A stretch of 64,000 bases of DNA, from positions 800,001 through 864,000 of the forward strand of contig CAWJSK010000012.1 of assembly GCA_963845535.1 (NCBI GenBank), given 5' to 3'. Position 1 is the first letter of the stretch, and each line of letters starts with the position of its first letter. Both the position numbers and the translations under genes were made by a program. Positions 63,413 to 64,000 of the stretch are shown one piece after another. This stretch comes from an uncultured Spirochaetota bacterium (GTDB lineage Bacteria; Spirochaetota; Spirochaetia; SZUA-6; Fen-1364). The notes below the pieces were generated by a model. The model did not search any database. It saw only the letters and a list, made by a program, of their open reading frames with translations, and was not told where the DNA came from.

Positions 63413-64000
63413 TCAGTGGGTCCCGCCCACCGCGGAACCCTGGCCACCGAGGCCGCGGCTCAAGGCCTGCATCAGCGCTATCATTCCCCAGGTGATGAGG
63501 AAGCTCACGATCGAAAGTGCCGCCGGCTCGTAGGCAAAGTTGCGCCCTACCTGGGCCATGTAGGGTCCGAACGCCGGCCACGCGAGCATGACGGCAAGGG
63601 TCAGCTCCCCGATCACGATGGAGAACGTGAGGAACGCGGCGCTCAGGAGCGCCGCGCGCACGTTGGGAAGCACAACGGAAAAAAGAGTTGTCCACCAGCG
63701 CGAGCCGAGGCTCTGCGCGGCTTCCGTAAGGCTTCGAAGGCTGATGGCCCGCAGACCAGAGTCTATGGACCGGAAGATGTAGGGGAAGGAGAGCACCACG
63801 TAGCCTGCCACAAGAAGAAGGGGGCTGGTAACGATGGCAAACGGCGGTCTGCTGTATGTTCGGATCAGGCCGAAGACGAGAACGATCGGCGGGATCACGA
63901 ACGGCAGAAGGGAAAAGGTTTCGATCAGGGCCCGCGCCCGGGGTAGCTTCAGGTGGACCCATATTGCCGTGGGCACGATGAGCGCAAGGCCGACAATGAT
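63413..64000 (-). CDS. ABC transporter permease (PotC-like), 5' truncated by window edge
   Basis: LLPFVIPPIVLVFG, LTEAAQSLG EAA motif, VVLPN, GE.T.A. Confidence 0.9.
   Translation of the reverse strand: MIVGLALIVPTAIWVHLKLPRARALIETFSLLPFVIPPIVLVFGLIRTYSRPPFAIVTSPLLLVAGYVVLSFPYIFRSIDSGLRAISLRSLTEAAQSLGSRWWTTLFSVVLPNVRAALLSAAFLTFSIVIGELTLAVMLAWPAFGPYMAQVGRNFAYEPAALSIVSFLITWGMIALMQALSRGLGGQGSAVGGTH

Noticed and set aside
1..64000. Many long overlapping or antisense ORFs (e.g. 50756-52771, 54293-56071, 42103-43602, 8767-10149)
   Set aside because: Expected in high-GC DNA opposite real genes; no recognisable motifs.
1..64000. CRISPR array, tRNA, rRNA, integrase or transposase
   Set aside because: No regularly spaced repeat-spacer series, cloverleaf, rRNA-like tract or DDE/tyrosine-recombinase motif was seen by eye.

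Overview
GC-rich bacterial chromosomal window, densely coding. The host looks like a free-living Spirochaetia-type organism, but this is inferred from protein styles and not tested. I found no rRNA, tRNA, CRISPR array or transposase. In order: pstB-phoU; a TetR/GH13 pair; a KimA-like APC permease; Hsp20; DacA; an IscA/ErpA carrier with a doubled Cys motif; hisC-aminotransferase-uppP; DUF6390 with two EamA transporters; gltA; an S41 protease plus YddA/SbmA-like ABC transporter facing a large gluzincin/beta-propeller/beta-barrel-like protein; three SCO proteins; two secreted ankyrin proteins; a Phd-VapC toxin-antitoxin pair; a DUF222-HNH endonuclease; a Zur-type metal ABC operon with clear operators; RcnA/DUF1007; an MCP; an ECF sigma; a CDF transporter; pncA; a C45 peptidase; a second metal ABC system; a LacI-controlled alpha-glucan ABC/malQ locus; and a compact DeoR-controlled sugar-phosphate-type bacterial microcompartment (BMC) operon (2 BMC-H, 1 BMC-T, 4 BMC-P, aldehyde dehydrogenase, RpiB, DeoC). 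Two loci stand out. (1) The leaderless DUF222-HNH gene has a ParB-HTH-like N-terminus, two in-frame parS-like perfect palindromes inside its own coding sequence, a 13-bp operator palindrome and a structured upstream element. (2) The BMC locus has encapsulation peptides, an RpiB lacking the canonical catalytic Cys, and no AlcDH/PTAC/AcK. Four single-base frameshifts in otherwise intact genes probably reflect assembly errors.
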